Notes: generated by a model not told the origin, from the letters alone. A DNA stretch of 64,000 bases from Blasia pusilla (GCA_050084515.1 CM114271.1:36704001-36768000); one strand, 5' to 3'; numbered from the stretch's first letter, positions 1-14,504 are shown. Translations and numbers: made by a program.

Positions 1-538
1 CCAATCGAAAGAAAAAATCTTTAAAACATCCTTGCCTAGTACTCAAGGTTGAGATTCTATTATGAAGTCAGAATCCCATACTTGTAAGAATTACGTTGCT
101 GATTTTTGTATGTGCAGAAAACTTGAAGAAGTAAAAAAAGGTGTACCTTCAATGTACAAAGGTTGTTCACTTGATTCAAATTTGATTACAAGGCCTTTAG
201 AATGATTTTTAAGTAAGTAGCTTTCACACTATGAGTATATGCTAAAAAAGAGTACTTCCAAAGTGAAAATTGGACCATGAAAAAAGAAGCCCCCAACATG
301 ATTCTTAATGATCTCGTCTAACCACTCAAAAATCTCAAACTAGATCTCAGATCAAATCTCAACAATAATTTATGAAAATAATATAAGTAGGATCCCACCC
401 TCTCTACCTCTTCTCTTGAGAGACCCATGCGATAACATTTATCTCATTGATGAAATTTCAAGCATATTGACATGAAAAACTCTTTCAAGGCTATGGATTC
501 ATAAGGACACCAAACCACAATAACAAAAGATGAGGGTG

Positions 539-541
<3 letters not shown>

Positions 542-614
<73 letters not shown>
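542..614. repeat. (TC)n microsatellite, about 36 units
   Basis: Uninterrupted TC run; it explains the spurious RERE ORF at 444-632. Confidence 0.98.
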
Positions 615-621
<7 letters not shown>

Positions 622-1615
622 ACTAGTCCCATGGCCCTGTGGGATCCCCATGGACAATAAATCTATTCATTCATTCATTCTCTCTCTCTCTCTCTCAAAT
701 GATGTCATTATCACATATGTGGAAGGGGTCTCATAGGCCAGTTAGGCTTCTCGTGGACTAAAAATCAACTCACTCACTCTCTCACAACCAAAGTTACCAA
801 ACCCACTCATGATGAGAGGATGAGGTTATTCACAAGACAAGGAGCACCATAACAAGGTTCAATCAAAGAGAGAATGAGCTCCCAAAATCTCTCTCCCCAT
901 TCCCTCTCCTTGGTGACTTTCACTCATATATCACCACATTGATCCTTTATCTAAAATAGTAGGTCAAAGGTCAATTTTGCATGATATGGGATGACGAGAC
1001 CTGAGCTTTGGAGAAGCTCTTTGGTGATGAGCAAGAGCAAGCAATGGGTTTTTCCATGCATGGCTACAAGCTTACAAGAGTATTGCCACAAGTGTTAGAG
1101 GCATCATTGAGACATGTGTTGGGGTAGGGGATGGACCCAGACTATTTCATATGGATGGTCAGCCTAGGTTTGGGTAAGAAGCAATAAATACAAGTGTCAT
1201 CCACTAGTCAGCACATTGTCTACAAAATCGAAGGGGCATTGATTGGGGGCGAGATAGGGAGAGATAGGCATTCATAGACTTCTTGGAATGTTGATTGAGT
1301 TACGGGTGTGATGGCGTCTCCTAGCATCATATATCAATGATGTTCTCTATATCTATACAAACCCATTTATTATAATAGATCCAGAATGGATAACCTGAAA
1401 TAAATGTCGATGTAGCTCCTGATCAACTACAACCTTGATGAAACTCCTTCATGAAAAAAACTTCTCTAGTCAACAATCTATACTCTCAAGTGTTGACCGT
1501 CCTCAAACCTCCTTGATGTGTAGTGTAGTTACAGTGGTACAATGTGGCAATGACAACACATAACGGCTACAAACGGCACAACAATCAATGATAAGATGCA
1601 ACAAGAAATGAAATG

Positions 1616-1917
1616 CAAGGTGACATATGAAAAACATTCCTTTCCGTGGACTTACGTTCGTCTTATAGAAGGACTTATTCATATGGGCCCCATATTCCCC
1701 CTTCTTTCTCATCCCCCCTACTTTCCTTCGTGATCCCACATTCTCGTTTCTTCCTCCTCCCACCTTCACTCCCTCCCCCCTTATTTCCATGCCCATCCTT
1801 GCCTTGCCTTCCACAATAAACTATAAGTGTGGATCCCATCGTTTGCAATCCATGTCCACAAATAAGGCCGACCATGTCCATCCTAAGGACAGATTTATCT
1901 ATTTTTATGCAACCATG
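1616..1917. mobile_element. Non-autonomous TIR element (hAT-like MITE family A)
   Basis: Termini CAAGGTGACA...TGCAACCATG; flanks ATGAAATG/ATGACATC (6/8 TSD). The internal sequence resembles the reverse complement of 60946-61279. Confidence 0.65.
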
Positions 1918-2559
1918 ATGACATCCCTTTTTCTATTAAGAAAAAAACAAATGCTCTACATATTAATGCTAATGTAGCTCCATAAACATAGTGTGGTGCA
2001 GCCATGGGTGGTACGATGCGGCAATTGCTGACGTGATGCGGATACAGGAGTCACAAGACGATACTCAATCAATGTTGAGCAACTACCAATCACTAGGCAT
2101 AGTAGAAATAAATTCAAAAACTTGACCTCATGGTCCCCATCAATCAAAAGTTCATCGAACATGGCTAGTTGTTGAATAGATTGATGACAACACGGCTGCA
2201 ATGATCTTGTTAATGTCGACAACAATGGTCTTGTCAATGATAGGGGTATCATAACATGAGCTCATGGAGGATATTGAGAACATGTGTCATAATGAGCTAT
2301 GCCATCATATACGGGTGAGTAGAAAATAGGTTTTTTTATTTTTTGGACATGTTTGGAGCACATCATGAGCAGGATTGCACCCATTAGGATAGTGGGCACG
2401 TGCTCTAGCTCGCGGGTGTAGCTAGGACCCCACCAAGAGTATCCCAATGTGAATATTATCAGTAGTATGGACATACACGCACTACATATTTTAGCCTAGA
2501 TCCTAAGCTTTATGTGGATTGACTGCAAGAGGGGGCATTAGAGCGAGTTGGCTATTGAA

Positions 2560-5434
2560 TTAGGGCCATAGGTGATGCACTAGGTTGTACCGTAGGAGGA
2601 GGAAGATGAAGGTGTATTTCCTTCGTGATAAGGCAATTGCTTTTGGAAAATTTAAAGTATGGCACAAGCTGGTTGAGAATGAGATAGGAAAGAAGCTTCG
2701 CACCAATTGAGAAGGAGAATTCTTGTAAAAAGAATTTAACAAATATATGGGGGAGCATGGAATCAAGCGACAGTCACCACGAAAAATACACCACATCAAA
2801 ATGGAATTGTTGAGCGTCAAAACCGTATAGTGGTGGAGATGGCAAGATGTATGATGAAAGCAAAAGGTTTGAAAAAAGGATTTTTGGCTGAAGCTATTGA
2901 TACTACCGTTTACATTCTAAATAGAAGTGCTACCAAGTCAATGCAAGGCATGACTCCTCAACGAGCATACTTAGATAAGGTACCATCAGTCCAACACTTC
3001 AAGACTTTTGGTAGCGAGTGCTAGTACATATTTGTGATGCATCAAAGACCAAGCTTGAGTCCAAGAGCAGGAAGTGCATCTTTTTGGCATACATTGATGA
3101 GTCTAAAGCTTATGATGTCATGAGGCAAAGAAGATATTTGTGAGTCAAAGTTTGGTCTTCCAAGAATAGCCTTGTCAAGTGGTGGATATCAGTGGTCTGT
3201 CTACATTATCCTCAAACGAAGACATAATCCATTAAAGCACATCATCAATGTTTACACAGGCTTACCAAGAAGAAGAATTTGGTGATGATTACAAAAAGAA
3301 GCCTGCTCTTCCATTACGATTTTCATACTCTAAGTGAATAAAGCAGCTTTTGGATGGTAGGGATCTACTAGTAATTGATGAAGTAACTCCATATTCACGG
3401 AGATCCATGATAGGATCCAAGATACTAGAGGACTAGAATATAGCACAACTTATCAATATGACCTTGGCGACAGAGGCCTTGGAGATAGAAGAGATATTAT
3501 GCTTCGATAAGGCCCTTGCTTATCCTCAATGGAAAGAAGCCATACAGATGGAGATGGACACCATTCAAAGAAATCAAACTTGGACTTTGGTTGAGAAACC
3601 AAAGGACAGTAAGATTACATGCATATTTGATTACTATGAGACTTTTTCTTCTACTGCAAGCATGACAACCATTCGCATTGTTCTAGTGATGGCGGGAACA
3701 AGGCGTTGGCTTGTATACCAATACAATGTGGAGTCTGAAGGAGGATGTTTATGTATCTCAACCATGAGGTTTTGAGCTACCTGGATCACAAGAGAAAGTG
3801 TATTTGCCTCATCAAGCATTGTATGGGTTGAAACAAGCCCCCAAGTATGATATCAACGAATAGTTACATTCTTTTGAGAGAGAGGTCTCATCAAGAGTCC
3901 TTAAGAAGAAAATTTGTATGTGTTTTGCGAAGATGGGATGTATATGTTGATAGTCCTTTATGTGGATGATCATATCATCGGAGGAGACCACAATAAGAAA
4001 ATAGAGGAAATGAAGGAAGTGTTGAAATCTGAATTTGAAACGTCAGATTTAGACAAAATTTTCGAACGTATATTGAATCAGCCAAGTCAAGATGATTCCC
4101 GAATTAAAATGCCAGATCTACCCGCGACGGTAGCCTTTTGCATTACTTCTTAGGCTTGGAAATTTGGCAACAATTAGATTCTATTTTTCTCTCTCAACAA
4201 AAATATGCTAGAGAAATCTTGAAGGCATTTTGGATGACGGAGTGTAAGGAAGTGGTCTCGCGAATGGAGATAGAGTTCAAACTCTCAATCCAGGATATTT
4301 GACCATTGGTAGATGAAAAGTTTAGGGTAATTTGAAATTTTTTTCTAACACAAGATCAGACATTAGCTTCGCTGTAGGAGTGTTGAGTAGGTTCTCAACT
4401 AAGCCTTGTGAGAATCATTGGAAGGCAGGGATGGGTGTGTTGAAGTATATCAAAGGCACTATCGAGTACCGCATCATCTACGGAGCAGGGATGAAAATGG
4501 GAGTCTTTTGTGACTCGGATTGGGCAAGTGACTCAAATTCTGAGAGGTCTCTTTGGGTTATTGTTTCTTGATAGGATCAGGTGTGGTTTCATGGGTCAGA
4601 AAGAAGAAACCTAAAGTGGATCTTTCTTCTACTGAGGCAAAATACAAGGTGGTCTGTTATGCTTCTTAATTATGAAGAAGTATGATTGAGATGGATATTG
4701 GAGGATATAGGAGAAGCACCATAAAGTGCTATTTTAATATGGTGTGACAATCAGAGTTGCATTGCCATAGCACATAATCCTATGTTTCATGCTTGTACAA
4801 AGTACAAAGAGATTCAATGTCATTTTTTTTGTGAGTTGATTAAGAGAGAGGTTTTAAAGTTAGTCGATTGTCCAACAAAGGATAATCGTGCCAACATCTT
4901 CACCAAAGCTTTGAGCGAATATCAGCTTCAACAACATCAGATGTTGTCTTGGCATCAATCTAAGATAGTAGTTCACATGAGAGTGGATATTGAGGGGGAG
5001 TGTTGGATTCCCAACATCCACTTCTCTCAATACTATTAATCTGATCGTCCCCTTATATAATGGTAAGCCTAGATTTATGGTTTCGACTTAGACGATGAAG
5101 GAGTCATAGTAATATGACGTAGATGGTTTGTGGAGTAGCATTACTAGGATTATCTAACCCTATATTTCATTATTGTGCGGGGTACCTTGATGCATTGCGG
5201 GGATCTCTGATTTTTTTTTATAAATAGAAATAAAGAAAAATAGGTAAAAAAAACCCTAGTTTTCGAAGTAGTTGAATAGTTCTGAGCCGTAGCGGATGTC
5301 AAGTTATCTCCATGTTCAAGTTCCATCAAAGCTCTTCTGTGAGCATATGGACGTACTAGGCACTCTAGGCCACTTTGTATCTCCAAGTTTTGTAACACAT
5401 TTTAGTGATTTCCTCGCATTTTTATTTTCTCGCA
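2560..5434 (+). mobile_element. Decayed 5'-truncated Ty1/copia element (integrase-RT-RNase H, PPT, 3' LTR); same family as 14505-19444
   Basis: Fragments [23 protein letters not shown] and RANIFTKAL with many stops and frameshifts. PPT GAGGGGGAG at 4992-5000 is followed by TGTTGG. Confidence 0.95.
5001..5434 (+). repeat. 3' LTR of copia family 1 (diverged copy)
   Basis: Starts TGTTGGATT right after the PPT, ends TCGCA, and aligns by eye to the reverse complement of 14505-14901. Confidence 0.9.
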
Positions 5435-6699
5435 AGTTTATGACATAAATGCAGTAGATGCCTCATGTTGAATCACCATCAATTCACTCGGATAATAATA
5501 CTGGAGTACCACATGCAACTCGTGACTTCAACATAACATCATTGAACGCATATATTGGTTCATCCAATACTTGGGATTTATTACATTTCATTTCTCAAAT
5601 GTTTCCACACGTATGTTTGACAACCTCATAGGTACTAGCCACTTACATGGACTTCACCTCAATAATATTGAGAACATTCTAGAGGCCTACACACCAAATT
5701 TTGTGCCGCCTACAGAAAACCAAATGCGCTTTTGTGACAATCTAGGCCTAGTTCCCACATTATGGGAAAAAGATGTTACTAGCCTCCAAATTCAAGCTAT
5801 TATCACACAACAAAGATGGGGATCAGATCTGCCTTCACAACAAATTCTCGCTAGCAATGGGTTAGTCCAACCTACGTTACTACTCTATTACTTTCTCTAC
5901 CAATCTGCAGTTAGCCTCACTTATGTTCTCTCTTACCACTATACATCAACTTATGTGTACATTGTTTTTCAAGAATACAGAAGGAGTCACTTCCTCACAA
6001 ATAAGTTGAACTCAAAGAGACAACATTCACTCGTGTACAGGGAAATAGAATTTTCAGCATAGCCTTTGGCTAGATAAGGCTAGACCAACTCCGTACCCTT
6101 TGTTATGAGTTCCTCCTTCCCCTTTATATGGTCATAGATCTCACGTCTACTAAAGCAAGTCACCTTATTTCAAGAATAAAGCTTGCATACAACAATGTTG
6201 TACTTCCATATTTCAAGCCCTCAACATCAAATAAGCCCCACTTAGTACCTATCCTACCAAACTTTGACACAATCAAGTGCGAGGTCACATCCGCTGATAT
6301 TGTGATAGATCTTGGTACATTTCAGCCAAGTGTCCTTGCAAGTTCACCATGAAAGAGGAAGTGCGCATAAAGGTTTCATTAAGGCATGTCATCATTTTTA
6401 TTAAACTAGCTCTTCAATTTGAAAATTTTACTTGTCAATTACATTCTTATTAAATCCATAAACCAACAAATTCATTCTTCTACATTTGATGTGCATGTCC
6501 ATAAAAGACATTAGCACATTTCACGTTTCACATAAGTTTTTTACTAGGCATAACCTTGCATAAGGCAATCCAAACCACTTCATACCTTCATAGCTCCTCT
6601 TTGTGCGTATATGTGTTCAATAATTTTTTGTCTTGAAGATGTAGATGATGTACCAAATGAAACTTTTTAAAGTTTATGCACTCTCATCTTCTCGGAATA

Positions 6700-7300
6700 T
6701 TTTTCAGTTGAATGTCTCCTTTCGCATTCATTTCTCTATTTATCATTCAGTTGAGAAAATTCAATTGTAAAGCTTCATCTATTTTTAATACTTGGCGTGA
6801 ATTTCATTTCATCTACGTGCTACTTCATATCATTTCAGTACCATCTATCTTCTGTTCACCATTATCTGACATTAGATTTATTTCACTAAACATGTGATTT
6901 TCTGATTACTTACATTCAATTTTTTTCACATTTTGCTTGATTCATTACCATTTTATGGAATTTGCAGTTTGCTCTTTTGAGTTCATTTTGCAATCTACCA
7001 CCTCAGTACTTTTCAGAGATTCCTTCATGTGTTGCTATTCAACGTAGGTACGCACAAGGATTACATCGAAGAGGCCTAATTACAACCATCACCACGGTGC
7101 ACAAGTTACCACTCCATATTAGAGTTCTACACCACATCTTGCATTATTTGCAAACCCATGGGGTTCATCAATAAGTTTGCAAGTGTACAAGAATTTACTT
7201 TCCAAATCGGACGGCCTCCAAGATCAGAATCACTCATTGAAAGTATATATGTCCAAGCTTTCAACAGATGTAAGATCTCTCACAAACAAAAGTTCCATAT
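6700..7300 (+). pseudogene. Possible very decayed LINE RT remnant
   Basis: Only a weak resemblance: FN...W...PLSDIRFISL looks like the LINE RT FN..W..RPISL block. Confidence 0.25.
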
Positions 7301-9170
7301 TTTAAGTTGAGAATTCAATGCAAGGACAATCTAGATGAAGTAATTTCACTCTTTATAGACTTCATTAAGGATACTAGATGCGCTATCTATAGTAATCCAA
7401 ATCTACAACTCCAATTGGCTCTCATTGAGTCCCTTCTTCGTAAATTCACATAGTATTGTTGACATCATAATGTTAAGGCATTTCTCATTTTGCTTTCTAG
7501 ACTTTCAGAATTTTGACTTTATGGGTTTGGCCCCACCACTTATGACATTGTGAGGACTGAATGCAATAATATATTTTTCTTCACGTGTTGCTTATTGCTA
7601 ATTATGTTAAACCATTGGTCTGCTTGTCAGCATGCCCACAATTATATCTGATTACAAATCACATGCACTTCCACAACTTAGATGATGAGGTTCCAAAATG
7701 CATTTTTTGACGGTCTCCTTTATTTTGTTTCCCTTCATACCATTTTAGAATACGCTTCATGAATTGGAATGCCTAGTTTCAAATTTCAACTTCTTCACCT
7801 CACTATTCATGTTGTGGTATCATTTTAGAATAGGCACCTTGTTAGCTTTGTACACATACCTACAATCCTTTCTAGTTGTAAGAACTTTTAACCCTAATAC
7901 AATTCTATCTACTCATATATTCACTTTCTGCACAATCAAACTAGACCTCAAGTTAGGCAATCTTCCACAACTATAATTCACACATTTAAGGTTCTCGTCT
8001 CCTCCAACATAGCCTACAAATAACATCCAACACACAATACCAAATGAAGCACACTGGATTCATCACTCAACATAACTCATTCCACAATACCAAATTTCCA
8101 TTTTGCATTCCTCGCACACATTCAATAAAGGTTAACGTAAATTTTAGCTAAGGCCAAATTTTGTATAATTCAAACCCATTTAACACTCTTTATGTCACAT
8201 AGACCTCATATCAAACTTTTGCGCTTTTTACTGTAATCCGCCACTTCACTATTTTTCGGCCAGACTTTCGACTACTTTCGTTTAGGTCCTTCCGCTTTCA
8301 AACTGTGTAATGGCCGCACACTTTCAGTTTCCTTCGCACGGAATTCACTCATATTTCTATGGACTGACCACTTGTCATTTCTCTGCGGTCGTAGGCCAGG
8401 CCAGACCGACCGATCGATCGATCGCGCGCGCTAGAAGCATGGGACGGGAACAGTAGTACGGTAGGGCGTAGGAATGACACGTAGGAAGACGCCGCGAAGC
8501 GTGGTACGGGAGAGCGGACGCAGGACACGTGTATACGACGTCACGACTCGTACTGAATTGTGTTCAGGAAAGACAGACAGCGTCACATGTGTAGTACCGA
8601 ATGTTTTCCCTCGTACGCTTTGGAAGGGAATGTTAGGGAGGTACACCTCTTATTACATGTACCAGTGTAATGGAATGCATGTCTGATGGGCGTCTTTCAC
8701 ATCCGCCTCCATGTGTCACTAGGGCAGAGGCCAAGCATAATTTACCCACTACCACCGCATCGCGGGCAGCGCCGTCCGATTCGGATGTTGGAGCATACTC
8801 TTTTCGCATTCATTCCCGTTTCATCTCAGATATTCATACATACGATATATCCATCTGGATATGGATCCATTAATATTTGTATTGTCACCCTGGCATCTAT
8901 ACTATCAACCGGGGTTACTAAAATGGGAAAAGAAAAGTGAAGTGAGGAATCTATAAGAAGTGAAGCTTATGAGGGTGTTGATTTTTTTTGTGGTTTCCAA
9001 TATGCTTTGCAATATTCGATCTCGGCTTTTTTTTATCAAAATCAAATTTCGCACTTTGATCTAATCGTGCCTTGGTTGGCATATATGTCACATAAGTATT
9101 GGAGGCTCTGGACATACATAGAAAGTACCTGGAGACATTCAAATTTTTGAATGGAGATAAGTATTTGCTG

Positions 9171-9429
9171 AGAGGCGCACAAAGTAGGAAGGAGCCGGGA
9201 GGAAGATCCCAGCAAGAAGCGGGGAGAACGATCTGAACATCGAGTGTCTGAATCTGCACCCGGTCAATTTGCTTCCGTTTTGAAATTTCACCCTTTCTTC
9301 TCCAAAGAGGCGCGCAAAGTAGGAAGGAGCCGGGAGGAAGATTCCAGCAAGAAGCGGGGAGAACGATCTGAGCATCGAGTGTCTGAATCTGCACCCGGTC
9401 AATTTGCTTCCGTTTTGAAATTTCACCCT
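9171..9429. repeat. Tandem duplication, 135-bp period, 2 copies
   Basis: AGAGGCGC(A/G)CAAAGTAGGAAGGAGCC...TTTCACCCT starts at 9171 and 9306 with few mismatches. Confidence 0.95.
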
Positions 9430-9454
9430 ATCAAATTTCCCCTCCAATCTGCAA

Positions 9455-9530
9455 CACGTCCGCTTCAAATCACGTCTGCTTCAAATCTGCTGCACGTCTG
9501 TTTCAAATATGCAACACGTCCGCTTCAAAT
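9455..9530. repeat. Four short direct repeats CACGTCYGYTTCAAAT
   Basis: The motif is seen four times with variable spacers. Confidence 0.85.
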
Positions 9531-10194
9531 CTGAATCTGCTCTAGCATTCATCATAGTATTGATAGTATTGTGATCACGGTAAGAAGGATTTGGTCCCCC
9601 CCACCTCTCTCTTTCTCTCTCTGCATTTTGTCGCCTCGCAATGGTTCAAGTCCACTTTAACAGCCTCGACTCACCACGAGATTCAAATCGTTAGCATCAA
9701 TCGGCTACTTGAGTGCCTCAAATTCCTCAAACGTCTTTGAAAGTGTCTATTACTTGCTTTCCGCTCGGTGTGGAAAATGATCCAGTTGAGCTCCACCTAC
9801 GTTTCCAATTCGGGATTTAGCTTGAATGCCTCGACAAGGGCGTGCGCGCCCTTCTTGCCCACTGTGTTTCAAGTACTCTCTCGGAGGATGGCCGCTCTAT
9901 AGCACGATGGGCATTCTCATTTATAAACTTTTTCGGAAGCCCAGGAGCTTCGCTATCAGATCTCTCTCTTCGACAATAGGAGATTCCTGCAGCTCTTCTG
10001 TCACCTCGAGCTCCATTTCTGCTTTTGGAACCGACATTGGGAATTTTTCAACTCCACACAAATTTCTTCCTCAATTAGTCGTTGTGATCCCTATCACAAC
10101 TCGAATCATTCACAATCATTACTCGAATTGCAACTTGATCGGCTCCCATCCTTGGAGCCATTTTCCTTGTGGATCTACATGAACACAGTTGATC

Positions 10195-10341
10195 AGTAAG
10201 TTCACATGTGTTTGTGAGCAGATAAGTGTCCGTGTTCCAACGTTGGAGATGAAATTGGACCGCCAAATAGTAAGTTCACCTATTTTTTTGAGCAAATAAG
10301 TGTCCCTATCCTTGCGTTGGAGATGAAATTGGGCCGCCAAA
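10195..10341. repeat. Diverged tandem duplication, ~73-bp period
   Basis: AGTAAGTTCAC...ATAAGTGTCC...CGTTGGAGATGAAATTGG(A/G)CCGCCAAA occurs twice. Confidence 0.85.
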
Positions 10342-11620
10342 CCTATAAAGATTTCATTAGTACTACTCGCAGCGTCCATCATTTTGCAGAGTAGCGGTGG
10401 GTCCGATCAATCAATCACTAAACAAGTGGGGCGGAGATTGCACGACACTCTGTTTTCTCCCTCACTCCCGAGTCTCGACTACCGAACCCACACACTCGGG
10501 TGAAATCAGATGGTTACTTTTCTTTTTAGCCTTTGAAGACACAGAGAGAGAGAGAGATTGGTTCAATTTATTCTTCGGGATGGCGATGGTGATGGCGACA
10601 CTCTAGGTGCACTCCAGGTTCATGCTATGAAACAGGTGATGGATCCAAATTCGGTTTGATAATTCATGCCATGTCTTTAACAACTGACTGGTGGGGATTT
10701 AAGTCCCTTTTAATGCATTAAACTAAATCAGTGCACGGTGGACACAAAGGTACTCGAGAATTCTCTTTCTCTCTTTCTCAGGCTGATTCTGACACTACAA
10801 TGATGGAACCGAAACTCGGTGGTACTCCAAGAAATTGTGATCCTAAATAATCGAGGAGCCGCTACCGGACACCTCCCCCACTGGGGTAGGTGGCCGGGAG
10901 CCATTCTGGGCGGCTACAGGTTCTACCCTAGCTGAGTGGTGTGGAGATGGGATGCGTTGGGCCGGTTCTTGCAATTTTCTCTATGCTCGGGCCTGCATGA
11001 GGCTTTCGTGCGCACCCCTATGATTTTGCGTGAGGAGTGGAGGAAAGAAGCGGCAACAACATGACAAGTCTTGTCATGCCTACGGGTTCTCACTTCCACA
11101 CAAATGCCCCATCACATGCGAAAAAGTTAGGGGTTTTTTAATTGCGTCCCTCGGAAAACTTATTAAATTTTGTGGAAGAACCATAGGGCATAATTTATTA
11201 CATCAAACTCTTATAAGAACAATATGGTATTTTTTATTAATCTTCTTTCCACAAAAGATGTTAAGATAAAATAGGTTTTTACATGTCACTTCTATATATA
11301 ATTAATTATTTTTTTACAAAAATTAGCTTCCCTAGCTAAAGAAATCAATTTTTTGGAAAAGTTTTAGAGGGAAGAAACGAACATCTAGCAAACGTCGTAC
11401 AATGTTTGAGATGTCCAAGGACATGGCATTTAGGTTGCTTGGCAGCGAGCAAGGAGGAAGGTTTTCCACCTGGCAGAGAATCATGGCGTCATGTTGCACA
11501 TAATGAGATCAGATGGATGATCTATTGCCGTGATCATCCAATTGTCCCCACACAAGGCACTGCAGATTATCAACATATCTCTTGGGTGTAATTAATGAAT
11601 ACGATAGAGAAATTTTTTAG

Positions 11621-11898
11621 GTAAGCACAATGGGACTATAGTCTTATTACATACTTCACGTGTAAGATTTTGCACAAATTACCTTGATGTTTTCAAGAGT
11701 TTTGCATCTTCAGACTCAAAAGCATCTGCACTCATATTGAATGGACGTTTTGGTTGGGTTGTAATGAATTAAATGGATTAAGTCTTGAAGTTGGAATGAG
11801 GATAGTTATTTGATGTTATGTATGGCTATCAATTGTTGTAGAAGCATAACAAACCTTAATTTGTGACCTCTTTTGTTTATTGTTGTGGTTCATGACAG
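11621..11898 (+). other. Probable 5' intron of the transposase transcript
   Basis: Donor AG|GTAAGC at 11621; T-rich tract and acceptor CATGACAG at 11898, 48 nt upstream of the ATG at 11947. Confidence 0.5.
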
Positions 11899-14490
11899 GT
11901 TGAACTACATATATGACAGTTTGAATGCATGTGACACCTTGTACAAATGGCAAACCCTAGTTCCAACTCAGTGAGACTAGTAGAAAAGAACGCGGAAGGG
12001 AAGGATGATGTACCAATTTATGTGTTGTCCTTCAAAGAAGGACAAACACTGGCCGACTTTCGCACTCGATGTGCTAGGGCAATTGACTTTGAATTTGATT
12101 TTTGGGATGATAGGCTACCAGGTAGAGTTAGACATCCTATTGAGAACCTCATTGAGATTAGTGAACTTGAAGGGAGTGTTTTTGTGATTGCACAATAAGC
12201 CTCTGGATGTATTGGGAGGGTTGCAATTGTGTCCTCGCATTCATCTGCTGCTACTGTGTCTATCATAGAGGACACAAATGTTGGGTCTCAATCACATACA
12301 GAAACCACAACCCAACAACAAGTAGTCAATACATTGCCACATCACGGGTTCATTTGAGTCGTGCTTATGTCTGAGGTGGCAGCAAAGAGTTGGAATGAGG
12401 AGTGGAGCAAGCTTAAAGATTGGGTAAAGCGACAAGGATATGATGAGCATAAGTGGAGAGTGCGAACGTGGGGTGAGGGGCAAGATGTCCGAGGGCACCT
12501 AGAGTGCTTAGAGTGTCGGGAGACTTATGGGAATGCAGCTAATTCCCAAGTTTTAAAATCAATTGCAAATTGCTTCAGCAATTTCCAAGACTAATCATCT
12601 CAACAACCCTAAGCATAAGGACAATTTTTGTAAGAGACGGGGTCTGCCTAGTACATTGATTTCTCCTAGTGACATTATACAACAACCTCAATGGGATCAT
12701 GAACATCAGATCACCGTAGGTTTAGGAATAGTTGAGAAAATGAATGTAGAGGTTGGGGGTGAGACAATAGTGTTCTCTGTGATGCCATCTGTTGCTAATA
12801 CGTAGTTTGCACACAAGTCACACATGTTCAAGGTACCATGTATAATCTGTGGCAAGTTGCACACACACATGTGCCCAAGAAAGGCAAATTTGGAGCATAA
12901 TCTACGACAACACTTGGTTAGTCGTGATCACTTGGATGCTCTTGACACTAGAGAGGTCACTGCCCAACTTGTCTTGAGGTTTGGGAAGAAGGGAAGACCA
13001 AAGAAGCCAGATCCTAGGGACTTATTTCCATCTCAAAATTCCATTACCAAATTCTTTAACCCTGATGCCTTCAAGGAAGGAAGCAGTTCAGGAAAAGGTG
13101 GGTTTGCTTCCTCCATTGATTTTGGACTAAGTTTGCTTTGTTGGGGCTTCTGGGAGTCAAACGTCCAATGGAGAGGAGAGTTGATGGATGAGAAGGCCAT
13201 ACTAGATGATCAGACAGGAGGAACTATTTGGGATTGTGAGCTTATCACTTCAGCGCAAGTGTTCAACCCAAGTAAGTAGGTCAATTGTATGTATACAAGG
13301 TTGTTTTAGGCATAAGCTTTGCTCTAGATTGTCAAGTAATGGGGAAGGGTTTGAGAACCTCACTTGTAGTCATTGTGACTCCATTAAGCGGGAGGATGAT
13401 TTTCGTGGTCGAGTGCAGAGGGAAGCGGAAGCTTTAGTGCATAGAGGAGGCAGGACAACTCAAAGAGGGATGGCCATGAAGTACTTGACCAAGACAGAGT
13501 TGAGGGAGCATATGGGAAAATTTAACACTCAATTTAGGAGATAACATTGGCTTTTGGCACAACAATCACAAAGAATTTGTGCCTTGAGTATTAGGCGAAA
13601 GAATCTAGAAGACATGTTAGGAGTAGCTACAGATAGGAAAGATTTGAGACTATTTCTTAGGAACGTAGTAAATGGACATAGGGATGGGGCATTTGGTGGT
13701 AAGGAGGAGTTGTGGGATTTCCTGAAAGATGTGGCTAAGAATTTTCAGAGAGTGGCCAATGGTTATCGTTACAGTAAGAGAACCACAGCTTTTTCCCAAG
13801 CCATGTTCCAATTTGGTGGTCGACAAGTTGCCCACCGCTTTCAGGAAAACTTGGGAGGGCCAGGTATGAAGACCTTGAAACTACCACCCTTTAGAGCTGG
13901 GCTACAAAAAGAGATATTTCAAGAGGTCTCCCGAGTACTATTTGCATCAAAACAACTACTTGGAATTGAGGGAGATGTGCCTCTAATGTTCGTTGAGGAT
14001 GAAACAAGGATAAAAGAAAGGCCAAGGTGTGTTTGAATCTTTGGAGAAAGTTGGCCTTGATATATGTATGGGTATGCTCTAACATAATGATTATATTACT
14101 TTGCACATTTATATGTCATGTTCATTTTTTTCTATTGGGCTTATGTTCTAACTTGATACTTCTGTTGTGATAGATGGGAGGCTAAATATGACACGCTTAT
14201 CGGTTTTTTTGGTCCCTTGGAAGAACATACATGCTCTTTTGGCTTGGAAGTACTTTCTGGGGAAGGCAATGAAGGGTATGATAAAATTGTGAGTACTTTT
14301 GAGAAATATGCGAAAGGTATGTATACTAGAGTAGTAATTGTGAATCCTTTGCATGAGAAAATGCCACAATTGGCGCTCTGTGCCACCCCAACTTGTAATC
14401 GATTCGAAGCAGATTGGGTGAGGAGACATTGGGTGCAGCTGAAATCCATGTGGGATGAATATTGCAGAGCCAGTGTTGGTCCTTTATTGG

Positions 14491-14503
14491 GGCTCTGATA
14501 CCA
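14491..14503 (-). other. Extra tRNA-iMet PBS copy outside the 3' LTR
   Basis: Minus strand reads TGGTATCAGAGCC, one base after the 3' LTR end. Confidence 0.9.
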
Positions 14504-14504
14504 T

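Noticed and set aside
444-632. ORF with RE repeats
   Set aside because: It is the translation of the (TC)n microsatellite.
9171-9530. CRISPR-like repeat-spacer array
   Set aside because: Repeats are two long copies or irregular short units with no unique constant-length spacers; no cas genes; eukaryotic context.
8951-9534. Overlapping ORFs with a 45-aa internal repeat
   Set aside because: They result from the 135-bp duplication, are open in several frames and contain no recognisable motif.
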